Below are positions 1 through 11,586 of a DNA stretch of 64,000 nt, in pieces. The stretch comes from Squalus acanthias (Eukaryota), in contig CM059425.1 in NCBI GenBank assembly GCA_030390025.1, positions 169,076,001-169,140,000 of the forward strand. The letters run 5' to 3'. Position 1 is the stretch's first letter. The number at the start of each line of letters is the position of its first letter. Position numbers and translations under genes: made by a program. The notes under the pieces were generated by a model. That model had not been told where the DNA came from, made no database searches, and saw only the letters and a list, made by a program, of their open reading frames with translations.

Positions 1-518
1 ATGGCAACCTCCATGGAGGACATAAATTGCCAGACTCAAATGAGCATAGTGACTTCTAGATAGATGGTCTGATATGGAGGATAGATGGGCATCTATTGAG
101 GAGAGGAACCAAAGGTACATGGACATCCCCGTTATGAGGACAGTCAGTACAGAGACGGGTCCTCATGGCCCCACTGATGTGCAGCAAGGTGCTCTCCAGC
201 CACTTGCTAGCAGTGAAGTGCGGTTGACCCATGAGAGGGATGTTGGTGGTCGACAACCAGGAAGTGTGGGCTCCTCTCCAAGCGCTCACACACAGCAGAG
301 CCCTCGGTCAGAGCCCCAGATTCCTCACCCAACTGAGATGGCCGTCTCAGCCCCTGCATAACCGCAGGAGGAGCAGACTGTTGCGGAGCCCTCCCAGGCT
401 TCCAAACCCAGAGGACGCCCGCCAAAGGCGTCAAAGCATAGAAATGAGCAAGGTGCCTTTACATCTGCTGAGGCCACAGGGGAAGAACCACATAGAAGCA
501 TGCATAAGAGAAAGTTAA
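1..518 (+). pseudogene. C-terminal remnant of the Harbinger Myb/SANT partner gene
   Basis: Broken P/S/Q-rich ORFs (74-361, 231-518) lie tail-to-tail with the transposase, in the position the partner gene occupies in the other two Harbinger copies. The Myb domain itself is not in the window. Confidence 0.45.
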
Positions 519-808
519 AACAAATAGTCACAAGGGTGGTCACTTGGGTGTTTTCATCTGATACAACGTTTGTCATCGTTATTATTAATGTATTAAAGAA
601 AAGCGATGGCAAAGATTCAAAGAGTTGGTCTATGTGTGCTCAGAAATGGAAGTTGCACAGTGAGGGGTCAGGGTGCATTTCATCTGTAATGATGGTGGTG
701 AGAGTGATAGAAAACCACAGTTTATTGCACAGATGCTGTATGGTGTGTTAAGAAGGTCGGCCAGACATTCACTTCCATGTGCCAGCCTTATGTGGTTGGT
801 GCGTCAAA

Positions 809-1871
809 TTACGCGAATCTGGCATGGATAAGTGCATCCCTTGCCTCACGGCCAGCAATGTGCTCGCGTGCTGGTGGAATTGGCACATCCGCCCCCGCAA
901 GGCGTCCCTCATCTGCCGCATCCTCTTCTGAGGAGGCTGTGCGCTGAGCCACTTGTTCCTCAGGCAGCACTAAGCCACGCTGCAGTGCAATGTTGTGCAG
1001 GGCACAGCAGATGACGATGATTCTGGAGACCCAGGCTGGTGAGTACTGTAGGGCTCCACCAGATCTGTCGAGGCATCTGAATCGCATTTTGAGCAAGCCG
1101 ATGGTTTGCTCAATGATGCTTCTGGTGGAAATGTGGCTCACATTGTACCGCTCCTCAGCTTCGTTTGATGGCCTCCTTAACAGTGTCATAAGCCACTTTT
1201 TCAGGGGATAGCCCTTGTCTCCAAGTAGCCATCCGGAAAGTTGTCTTGGTGGATTGAAGAGCTGAGGCACAGTAGACTGCCGCAGGATGAATGAGTCATG
1301 GCAACTGCCAGGGAACTTGGCGCAAACATGCATAATGTTCTTCCTGTGGTTACACAGCAGCTGGACGTTAAGGGAGTGGAAGCCCTTGCAGTTGACAAAT
1401 ACAAGTGTGTGCGGCCGACTGGGAGATGCCGCTGATGTCTGCTGATGATCCCTGGAAGGACCCTGAAGCAAAGAAGTTGAGTGCGGTGGTGACTTTGACA
1501 GCCACTGGTAAGGAGTGTCCACACGCTCCTCTGGGCTCCAGGTGTTGGTGCAGCATTGCGCAGATGTCAGCGACTACCTCTCGCGAAAGTCTCAGCCTCC
1601 TTTGGCATTGCTGCTCACTTATGTTGAGGAAGCTCATCCTTGGCCTGTAAACCCTGTGTCGGGGGTATCTCCTGCGGTGCGGTGCAGCCCTGCACTGATG
1701 CACTCTGCCCTGTGCAGCATCAGGTGAATGAGGAGAAGGTTGCCGCTCCTGTTGTTGCTGCTGTTGTGCCCGCTCTTCCTCCGATTCTGAGGACCAGGAT
1801 GAGAGGGTATAAATGGTTCCCATCCCGCTGGTATATATCTCAGTTGAGGAAGAGATGTTGTAAGTGCTCAC
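809..1871 (-). pseudogene. Harbinger DDE transposase (HARBI1-like) with internal deletion
   Basis: Motifs [64 protein letters not shown]. Frame break near 1405, where the GAIDCTH segment (first catalytic Asp) is missing. Confidence 0.9.
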
Positions 1872-3179
1872 TCAATGTGGCCAGAGGGTATTCCAAGGAG
1901 GTCACAGTGCATATGGATCTCAGCTTAAACACTCACAAGCTCAATAGACCTGCAAAATGTGTAACAAAACCTCAAAGCACAAAGTTCTGTCATCTGAAAG
2001 TCAACCATGTTGCGCATCCATTTTTATGCTGCAGGAGCAGCTGTCAACAATTCACCTACTTGCTGAACCCAGCACAATCAGCTGGCATGTTTGTCGCACG
2101 TCGGGCAACACGCTGAAAATGTATTAAAATGGGAAGAGCCAGTTAAAAAGGGATTATCTAGGCAGTTAACAAGCTGTTAACTGCCTTAAGTGCCTCTCCC
2201 GCCGTTTGGTGGACTCGCAGACCCGACACTTTGCAAAGTTGCATGGAGGCGGGATGGCGGCGGGTTAGCAACCTGCCGTTAATCATTTGGATTTTTACTC
2301 CCGACCTGCCTCCAAACCCGCCCTCTGAGCACCGGCAAAATCGCAGCTGAGGTAGCAAAGTTTCTAATCACGATATACAATCCTCAAATATGTAAATTAT
2401 GCCATGGAACTGGAGAATAGCCAATGCAACACCCCTGTTCAAGAAGGGAGAGAAGGATAAACCAGGTAAGTCTAGACTAGTCTATCTAATGTCAGTTGTG
2501 AGAATTAATAAGCATTTAGAAATGCATGAGTTAATCAAGGACAGGCAGGAAAGATTTTTAAACACAAGTAGTGTTTGACAAATTTAAGCATTTTTCAGGA
2601 AGTGACCAATTGGATAGATAAAGGGAATGCAGTAAATGTAACGTATATGGAATTTCAGAAGGCATTCAATAATGTGTATCACAAAAAAATTCAGGCGTAT
2701 GGTATAAAGGGAAATGTAGCACCAGGGATAGAAAATTGGTTGATGAACAGGAAACAAAGAAGGTAAATTGGTCAGATTGGAGAAGGGTTGGAAGTGGTGT
2801 ACCCTAGGGGGTTCACTTTTGTTCTTGGTAGAGACAAATGATTTGCACTTGTTTATAGGGAACACAGTCTCAACATGTGCTGATGACAATAGTAAGATCT
2901 TAAGCTAACAGTGAGGAGGGCTGTAAAAGATTTCAGGCAAATATAGGCAGTTTAGTGCAATAGAAAGACAGGTGGTAGATGCAATTCAATGTGGATACAT
3001 TTTGAGAGAAAAACAGGGAATGGGAGTATACACAAAATGGAGAGACACTGAAGGATGTGTGGATGAACAGAGAGCCAAGGGTTCAAATACATAATTCCCT
3101 GAAAGTGCAAGTGCAGGTAAATAAAGCTATATAAAAGGGCAAGTAGAATTTTACATTTAGGAGAATAGAGTACAAGAAA

Positions 3180-3340
3180 GAAGAAAGACAGACTTGCCTT
3201 TCACGGCCACCAGATGTCTCGAAGCGCTTTACAGCCAATGAAGTAATTTTTGAAGTGTAGTCACTGTTGTAATGTGGGAAACGCAGCAACCAATTTGCGC
3301 ACAGCAAGATCCCACAAACAGCAATGTCATAATGACCAGA
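3180..3340 (-). mobile_element. DeuSINE 3' fragment
   Basis: Matches the tail part of the 20885-21347 SINE (cagccaatgaagta...cccacaaacagcaatg). Confidence 0.8.
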
Positions 3341-3639
3341 GTAAAATAAATAATAAATTTATACAAAACACTGGTTAGGCCACAGTTAGAGTAGTGTGTG
3401 CAGTTTATTACTAGAATGATACCAGGAAAAGATTGAATAGGCTGGGGCTCTTTTCTCCAGAAAAGAGAAGATTGAAGGGTGACTCGATAGAGGTCTTTAA
3501 GATTATGAAAGGGTAAATGTAGAGAAGATGTTTCCACTTGCGAGCAAGACCAGAACTAGGGGCCATAAATACAAGATAGTCACTAATAAGTCCAATAGGG
3601 AATTCAGGAGAAACTTCTTTACCCAGAGAGTGGTTAGAA

Positions 3640-3884
3640 TCCCTTTAACGGGCAGCACGGTCCATTCAAAATTTCGCACATGGGCGAAATTTCCCATAGA
3701 AAATCCAGTAAGCGGATTGCATGGGACCTCCAGACAGCTGTACAGCTTAGCGGGAACCAATGTTCCCCTTAATTTTTTTTGGGTGCGCGGTCCCTTTAGC
3801 GGACTGCGCAGCCCATTCAAAGTTTTGCACATTTTGAAAAGCCAGTCCTCGGCTGTGTGGGACCGGCAGACAACGGGAACGTTG
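3640..3884. mobile_element. Two tandem copies of a small hAT-type MITE (first one left-truncated)
   Basis: Second copy 3758-3884 has TIRs caatgttccc...gggaacgttg. Same internal sequence as the 56155-56273 element. Interrupts the CR1 3' region. Confidence 0.75.
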
Positions 3885-4161
3885 CTCATTACCACAAGGA
3901 GTAGTTGAGGTGAATCGTATAGATGCTTTCAAGGGGAGATGGATAAGCACATGAGGGAGAAAAAGTAGAAGGATATGTTGATGGGGTTTGATGATTGTAA
4001 TACATTGTAACCTTTTGAGGGAAAATTTGATAAATGTTAAAGCAGAGGAGGATACAAGGCAGTGGAGAGGGAGCAGAGCAGTGGGATTAGTTTTGAATTT
4101 CCCTAACAAACTAGTGGCACAGACACAGTAGACCAAATAGCCACCTTTTGCGCTGTAAATT

Positions 4162-4800
4162 GGCACCGAAAATTTGCTGGGGAGTGTCCCTGGCCTTTAT
4201 GCTTCTTGCCTACCAGGAGGCGGGTCGACCATTTAAATATTATAATGAGGCTGGCGAGCTTCAGATTTAACCTGCATTTCAAATTTAACTGTGGCTGGTT
4301 GGGTTTCGCAGGCCTCGGGAAACCTGACAGCTAATGGAAGGCAAGGACTGCTGGATTCAGGAGGTAAGTGCCTTTACACTTACCTCCTGGATCCAGCGTC
4401 TGTACCTAACCCCCCCACGCGAGGCCTCTAATCGCTTTCCCCGCCTTTGCCCCCCCCCCTCCAATCGTTCTCCAGGCCGGCCTCGATGTTCTCAACCACC
4501 CCTCCGGCCCCCAATGTTCTCCCTTTCTCCCCCCCCCCCCCCCCCACCCCACCCCCCACCCGATCCCTCTCTCCCTCCTCTCTGCGGCCTAGTGCCGCAG
4601 GCCTACCCGCCCACAGCCAGCCAGCATCTCCATCTGGCTGACTGCAGGTGGGAAACCGAGGTTTCAAATGCAAATCAGGCCCTACCATTAAATTTGGCAG
4701 GGCCTGCAGGAAACTTGTTCACCCAGGTGTCCCGACTGCTTCCGAGCTCCCCCCCCCCCCCCAGCCACTGCCAACCCGCTTCCCCATTAAAATTCCGGCC
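4162..4800. mobile_element. Harbinger-type MITE
   Basis: Imperfect TIRs ggcaccgaaaatttgctgggga / tccccattaaaattccggcc, with 3-bp TSD ATT at 4159-4161 and 4801-4803. Confidence 0.7.
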
Positions 4801-5052
4801 ATTGAGTTTGTACTCCAGTGCTCACCCACCTGTTTAAATGCTGCTCAGCCTTTTAAAGAGATTAAGTAGCAGTCAAGACTGCAAAGAGCTGAAGTTTACC
4901 AAGTTATTGATTAAACATTTATGGTCTTGCTAAGAAGTACAGTCATGTCTTCAGAGCCCAATTTTTAACCTTGTGTAAATGCTGTACTTGTTTTGTGTTC
5001 GTATTGTATTAAGTGTTATGTTGTACTTTAGTCTGACAGCTGCCAATTCAGA

Positions 5053-5676
5053 ATGGAGGTGGACCTCAGTGGTATTTCCAGGGCAGCCATGCCTGTGCTC
5101 CCTGCATCTGCTGTAGAAGTGAACTCTCCAGGTAAAACGGAGCCAGAGAAACCTCGTAGCTCCAGCACCCCATGCTCTCCAGTCAAGCGGACTGTGTCTA
5201 GCTATCAGATTCTTCACATGGACACCAACTACTTAGTTGGCTTTACTACCGGTGGGGAACTTTTAAAGTTGGCTCAAAGGTGGTCAGGCAGTGAGGCGGG
5301 TGCAGCAGAAGCTTTGCCTGGCCAGCATACCAAGCAGCAGGATGTAGGATTGACTAGAAGTTCCCGAGTCTACAGAACCAAGAATCGATACTATCAGCCG
5401 TATGAGATCCCAGCTGCAAATGGGAGAAGACGACGGCGAATGCCAAGTTCAGGGGAACGAACCGTCAAGTCATTGTCCTTTGAACCCAACAGATGTCTAC
5501 GTGGCCCTTTGCCAGTTTGCCTCATTAAGGGAAAGAGGGCTCAGTCAAAATCCTTAGATTACCTAAACCTAGATAAAATGAATATTAAGGAGCCAGCAGA
5601 CACAGAAGTACTGCAGTACCAGCTACAACATCTCACACTTAGAGGGGAGCGTGTGTTCAGCAGAAATAAAACTTGA
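5053..5676 (+). CDS. MACIR: Macrophage immunometabolism regulator (C5orf30, UNC119-binding protein), single coding exon, 207 aa
   Basis: Recognised motifs SSTPCSP, YQILHMD(T)NYLVGFTTG, RYYQPYEIPA.NGRRRRRMPSSG, KSLDYLNLDKM, KEPADTEVLQYQLQHLTLRG. Candidate splice acceptors lie just upstream (AG at 5030-5031 and 5038-5039). Confidence 0.97.
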   Translation: MEVDLSGISRAAMPVLPASAVEVNSPGKTEPEKPRSSSTPCSPVKRTVSSYQILHMDTNYLVGFTTGGELLKLAQRWSGSEAGAAEALPGQHTKQQDVGLTRSSRVYRTKNRYYQPYEIPAANGRRRRRMPSSGERTVKSLSFEPNRCLRGPLPVCLIKGKRAQSKSLDYLNLDKMNIKEPADTEVLQYQLQHLTLRGERVFSRNKT

Positions 5677-8600
5677 AAAGAAATGCATTGCTTTATTCAA
5701 GATGCACAAGGAACAACACTGAGCTTGTGGAAGTCAGTGGCATACTTGCCCGAATTTCATTGTGACTGATGGGAGTCGACAAACTGGACAATTTGACAGT
5801 AGATATTTAAACTTCCTTGATGGAATATTGATTCTATACAAACTGTGCACCGGGCTACAAAATCAGTGCTCCTTCTGATAGGATTAATGTGGATTAGATA
5901 GTGTAGGTGGACTATGTTGCATTCCAGAAAGATTAGAAACAATGTACTCCAATGTTACTGGTAAATGGTTAAAATGGTCTTCACTGTTGCTGTTATGGCA
6001 GGTATAATATGAAAAGGCTGAAGTACTCCTAACCGTTGTTTTGTAGCAATAATGACCTATTGTCAAAAATCGTCTTCAGTTTAACTTCATTTCTGCCTTT
6101 TATGATTTAGAGTTTAGTTGTGAGTAATAGCTGCATATACTTCTATTATTGAAAAGCATTTGAAATCTGATCTAATTAAATAAACACAGCTGTTCAGGTC
6201 CTATCCAATGAAAAAAGGTTCATTTTAAACTAACTATATTTTGCAGTTATATGAAGGTTTAAATTACTCTTGTCTGCAGTTTAAACTGATAAACATTTGA
6301 TCTGCATCAGAAGGCAACTCCTTGCAGAGCAGTGGTTCTTAATGTCCGTTTGCACTGGTGTACTGACATAAACTGTTCTTTGACTGGGAAACCTGAAGAG
6401 GGTCTTTTCAGAACAAAAGTATGAACTTTTGACTTCAATAAACTTTAGTAGAGCTAGCTATATTAACCCATCCCTATATTAATCCAGATGCTTCATGAAC
6501 TTGTATTATATTTTCAACATGGAAGAAGACATGCATACTTTTGTTCTGGGGGCAGGGGGACCTTCAAGTTTCCTTCTCAAAAGAATCTGTTTGTATCAGT
6601 ACATTATGTGAATCAATGATTAAGGTAAACATTTCAGCAGTATGTTTTAGCTTTCTAATTTAACATTCATATTAATATAAATAATATTTATAGTCATTAC
6701 ATTAAAGATATCCGATGCAAGTTAAAAATGTAAATTTATTACTACTTTCTCAATGTTTCTGAGTGTTGCTTTGAAATTGCTCCGCACAACCCAACTGACT
6801 TTGAGGGGAAGTGCTGAAGACAATGCAGAATTTCCCATGGTGTCCTTTGGCACTAATCTACAATGCTGCAGCAAGTTTCCAAATGCAGCAAAAACGTCAG
6901 CAAAGCTGGCCGTATGATTAACTCTTTCCCACCCAACCATTTCACAATTTTCTGTTATTTTCCAACATACAGTACAATTTAAACATAGGGGAAGGTTTCT
7001 CTCACCGTAGCGAACTGACACTGGTCAAACTTTTGAAACATATGTCTGATCCATCTTCAGGATTACACTGTGGTGCCTATATTTAAAAACCTACTTATAC
7101 TTAAATTAATAGTGCTTAGCTAAGAATCATTTTTTTTCTATGTACCAGTGAATAAGGTGGGAGTTTATAAAATGGATGTAACTGGGGAAAGGGGAAGTCT
7201 TCTGTATTTGGCAGAAACCTATTAGTAACTCTTCAGAAGCTATTGATATATTTTTAGAAACTGAATGTTCAGATTCAGATAGTATTGTAGATGTAGGAAA
7301 ATGCCACGCAACTAAGTCACTAGGATTAACTGTTTCCTTCAATTTTTCCAATAGGAATTGAAGTGTTTTGTGAAGAAAAGAGTTTAGAAAATCCTTGAAC
7401 TGAAATTGCATTAATACAACTTTTTAAATGTGCATATTATTGTTTTCATTCTTCAGTTTTTCAATACTAATATTTAAGGTTTTTTTGTGTTTATCTGACA
7501 ACTTTTTTTAGACTGGGTCAACAGTCCATTGAAGCCAGGAGGTGACTGCCTAGTTTAACTGATTCTCCGTTACTCCTAGCTTGCATTGTTTAGCCAATTT
7601 TGCCAAAGTCCACCTTTTTGTGTTTGGTTTCTAAAGATGATTACCAGTCAACTCATGTAACTTCTTCACAGCCACCTGCCACAAATGGGCTGAGCTGTAA
7701 TGATTTAGCAATAAAATACAAAGCCTGCTACTGGGAGCTGAAATACACCAGACAGTAGATGATTGAACTACTCTGGATCCTTTAGTATGTTGTCTCCAAT
7801 GTTTCCTTCAAAAATTCCAGGGTAGAATTCTAGGTGTGATTGTTTGAAACATAGGGCAGTAATTGTGGGAGCATGTTGTAGAAACTTCTGACCTGCTTTT
7901 GGTGCCCCAGTAAAATGTCTCCAGTTTTTCAGGGTCAAATTGCTGGGACATTTGTCCTTGTTATTTCTTTCCAGCTGCACCATTTGCTACAAGTTCTAAT
8001 ATATAAAAAATGTTCATTACTAATGATTAACATTTACAACCAGTTACACTGTCATAATAAAATCCAAATAAATGGATGGTTGAAATAAATAATCAATATA
8101 AATAAGACATAGTCTGTAACAGCAGTACCTTTTCAAATTTGTCGGTTTTTGAATTGCTAACAAGATCTGCCAGTAACCTCAAAGGTTAATCTCATTCTAT
8201 GTTCTATTAAATTTTAGTATTTGTTATTCTAAAGCAGGAATTCTTCTGAGCCTAAACAAAATTAAACCACAATAGCCACAGAGGATTAAAGTACTTTATT
8301 CCTTCCATAGTTTTCTTTAAATTAAATGCAGAAATCAATATAATTTCCTTTTGTTTCCAAGCCTCTGCCAGATTAGTAATAACATGTGTAAGAATATTGC
8401 TTATGTTACCAGCACAGTTTTCTGAATTATTCTGGTTGATGGCAGAAATAAATTTTTGATTTCCACATCACTAATTATATTGTAAATATCTAATTGTATA
8501 GTCACTGGCAATATTATGAAGTAAGGAAGAGCTTATAGCTAAATACTGTGGCATTATTACAGACAGTGACCTCTGAGACTGAATTATCTGCTCAAAGGTA

Positions 8601-11310
8601 CCCACTAACACAACAAGGCTGCCTTTCTAAAATCACATTTTAATTAAACAAAAAATCCTGTGGAGAACACTTCACGGTTTTCAAAAATCTTTATGAAGAC
8701 AACTCTTTTTATTTGCCTGCACTGTTAAGAGTATTGATAATGGGCAGTTGGAGACTAAATATTTTTGCTTTTAATGAATCATTCAACATCAGTTCAGAAA
8801 CATTAGAAACTGCATCTTTACTGATGTCTCAGTTATTGAACTGGACAACAAGCTTGAACCTGTAGTGTGGCTTAGTTATTTTAAGCTCGTGCCCCGCTAT
8901 CTCCTAATCTAATAGTTTTTCATATCTTTTAATATTAAGTGAACAGAACAATATTAAACAAGGGTACAGTATTTGTCAATAATTAAGGCGATGACTTATT
9001 CATGTAATAAAAACTGAAGTCTTTTAATTGCTGAAATAATCCTAAAATTGACTGCTGGAATTTACTTGTATTTTTAAGATATTTATTGAAGGCTAAATTT
9101 ATTGAATGTTGCTAAAACCATTCAGTTGAAGAACAAAAACATAGTTACATTGCAGCAGTTGGTGATAAATAAGAGGTACTAACAGCTACTGTAATCTTTT
9201 TGTAATACAATAAAACTGTGTTGACCCACAACTCAACTTCAAGCTCGGGATATCAGCCTTCCCCTAACACTAGCACAAAGAGAGGTGTGTAATGCAACAG
9301 TAAGAGTGCTTGTCCAGACCTTAGTCAGATTGCTAGCAAATGCCATTCACAAAAGAAACACCTCTGTGAAGTTTGAGCAGCATTTAGAGCTCTGACATAT
9401 AGAACTGAATAACTAGCTTGATGTGGAGCTTAATTAATATATAATATGGTGCCTGGATTGTCCAACTACACTTCCTGAAGGTGCTACTGATGTGGCATTA
9501 TCAGTGTGAGTGACTTCAGGAGCAGTTTGGCAACAAAGCGGGATGAGATCACTTTGAGCAGTCAGCTGGAACGTTGTAGTCCTGAAAGCCTTTTCAGGTG
9601 AGTTGTGAATGTTACTGTTAGAAATCCATGGCAATTGGAACCTGGTCATTCACATCACCACCAAGCACAGAAACCCACTGGTACAAAGTTACATACAGTG
9701 AGAATCCATGGCAACATCAGGACAGCTGTTAGACAGATTGCTCAGCACATATTACTCAATGAATTATAGATTCTGTAATTAAGCACTATATATAAACTAG
9801 GAATGCTGATTCTGGATGTAACTTTTTTTCCTGTCTGCTTTTGAGTGTTTGCATCAATATAAAGCTATAACATTACAATGTGCTGTATTAGTCGCATGTG
9901 TTTCTTAGTACAGTTAGACAATATTTAACCTTTGATCTATGAATGTTCTTGACAATTACAGCTGTATATGCATATTTTCCAAGCATTAACCTTTGCAAAG
10001 AAAAAACTGGGAAGTGTTAAATGTAGGTGATGAGACTGAGGTAACTTTTGTTTCTTTTTTTGTGTAAACCTAATATTCCTTTATGTTCTAATAAGCTGAT
10101 TTCATGACCTGCTTTTTAATTTTCATGGCCTACTGAAACTAGTTTGTAGTTTGTGTTGTAGTGCATGGTTATAGCTTTACTCCCAAACAGATCTGTTTCT
10201 AAGGTTGACGACCACATGCCTTGCTGTAATCTAAGATTAGATTGTACAGCAGAACCTTGATTTAATGCACACCAAATTTGCCAAGAATTGAGCCTGAAAC
10301 GTGTCTTCTGGAAACGGGATGCAACTACTGTTTGCAAATGTAAACATTCCCATCTCCTCCCGGCTCCCCCACCCCCCATCATGGTTGTTTTGTTTGAAAA
10401 ATGCTCATCAAGACTTCTACTTTTGTTATTATCCCATGTGAATATTTTGGTTACATTCACAATAAACTAGTTTAGTAAATAAAATAATACTCAGCTCAGT
10501 AAATTAAAATACGATAGAATTTCAATTCTCTTTTGCACATTTGTTTGTATTTTTTAATCTGGTTCTGGAATCCTCTTTCCGTTAATCCAAGAAACTACTA
10601 TATAGAAATAAGGGAATGAAAAAGTATTCTGTCCTCCAATTTATTTTCCGCTATGACTACCTGTTTACACTTATCCGAAGTGGCTTCAGTATGGACGTAG
10701 CAGGAGATTGATTCTGGTGTCCCTTGAAGGCAGCACTTGCACCACATCCTGGCCTGCAACCCAGAGTTGTATGGAGGTGAGTTTCTCTACCAGGATACAA
10801 CTGGAGTGGAGCAATTTACATGTCTTGCTTTGGAGCTCTATCTGCACAGCTTTCACTCCAGAACTGTGCACAGGATTGTTAAGTGTGCTGCATGTCACCT
10901 CTGGTTAGAAGTGGGCATATTTGCAATATAGAGATTTCTCTGCATCCTCTGGGATATCTTTTATGAACAGGAAACCAGCAAGAGATTCCATCTGAACTGA
11001 CCTGTAGTTACATAGTAGTGAGATTGAGCCATTTTGGCATTAATTAATGGGATAGGAACAATGTGCTTGATTGTTTATACATGTTACCAGCAGTTGCTGT
11101 TTACTGCAGTGATAACCCTCCTTCAGTGCAATTCAACTTGTGCACATTAAACCAGGAAGGGATTTGGATATTATTTATTGTGTTTTTTAAATATATAATT
11201 TTGTATCGAGTTTAATATATTGTATACAATCTTAAGCAAATCATAGATGAACTGCATAACAAACCCTGCGTATAACCAACAATAAAGGTAATTTCCAAAA
11301 TAAGTTGAGC
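5677..11310 (+). other. Putative long 3' UTR of MACIR with distal poly(A) signal AATAAA at 11281-11286
   Basis: AT-rich, no recognisable transposon, several AATAAA hexamers. The distal one has an upstream U-rich/TGTA tract and a downstream GT-rich element. Confidence 0.5.
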
Positions 11311-11586
11311 TTGCCTTGTGTGTCATCTGTCCATCTTTTAGGGAATTGTCACTGTTGACTGTGACGCAGAGCTGCCTGTTAATAATGAGAAAGCTGAATC
11401 CAAACAGTTAACAAGGCATCACACAAAATAACACGACGATTTCAGTCTCTATTTAAATGCAAGTCATGTCATTACACCAAATACTTGACAAGCGAACAAC
11501 AAAAGTTTGGCAAAAGGTCTTTAATAAAACAGACCTTTGTTTAAAGAAAAAACATGAATTAATAGAGGACAATTGCTATATTGACC

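Larger units (their letters stand above)
1..2347. mobile_element. PIF/Harbinger DNA transposon, family 1 (left part outside window, internally deleted)
   Basis: HARBI1-like transposase on - converging on a second low-complexity ORF on +. Right terminus ...ccggcaaaatcgcagc (2347) matches the end of the 33917-35673 element (ccggcataatcgcggcc). Confidence 0.85.
2395..4158 (+). mobile_element. Degraded CR1 LINE (RT to 3' end), interrupted by a SINE fragment and hAT MITEs
   Basis: Translated remnants YMEFQKAFN, IENWLMNRKQR, RTRGHKYKI, RRNFFTQRVV. Confidence 0.85.

Noticed and set aside
809..1522. Host HARBI1 gene
   Set aside because: Lies within a TIR-bounded multi-copy element and lacks the first catalytic motif.
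3640..3884. Circularly permuted transposon-circle insertion
   Set aside because: The second unit has both TIRs, so this is a tandem pair with a left deletion, not a permuted single copy.
4334..4837. 167-aa proline-rich ORF
   Set aside because: Arises from poly-C tracts within a MITE; no recognisable domain.
10686..10931. Overlapping short ORFs and a GAG/GTGAGT donor downstream of MACIR
   Set aside because: No recognisable protein or convincing exon partner; more simply part of the UTR.
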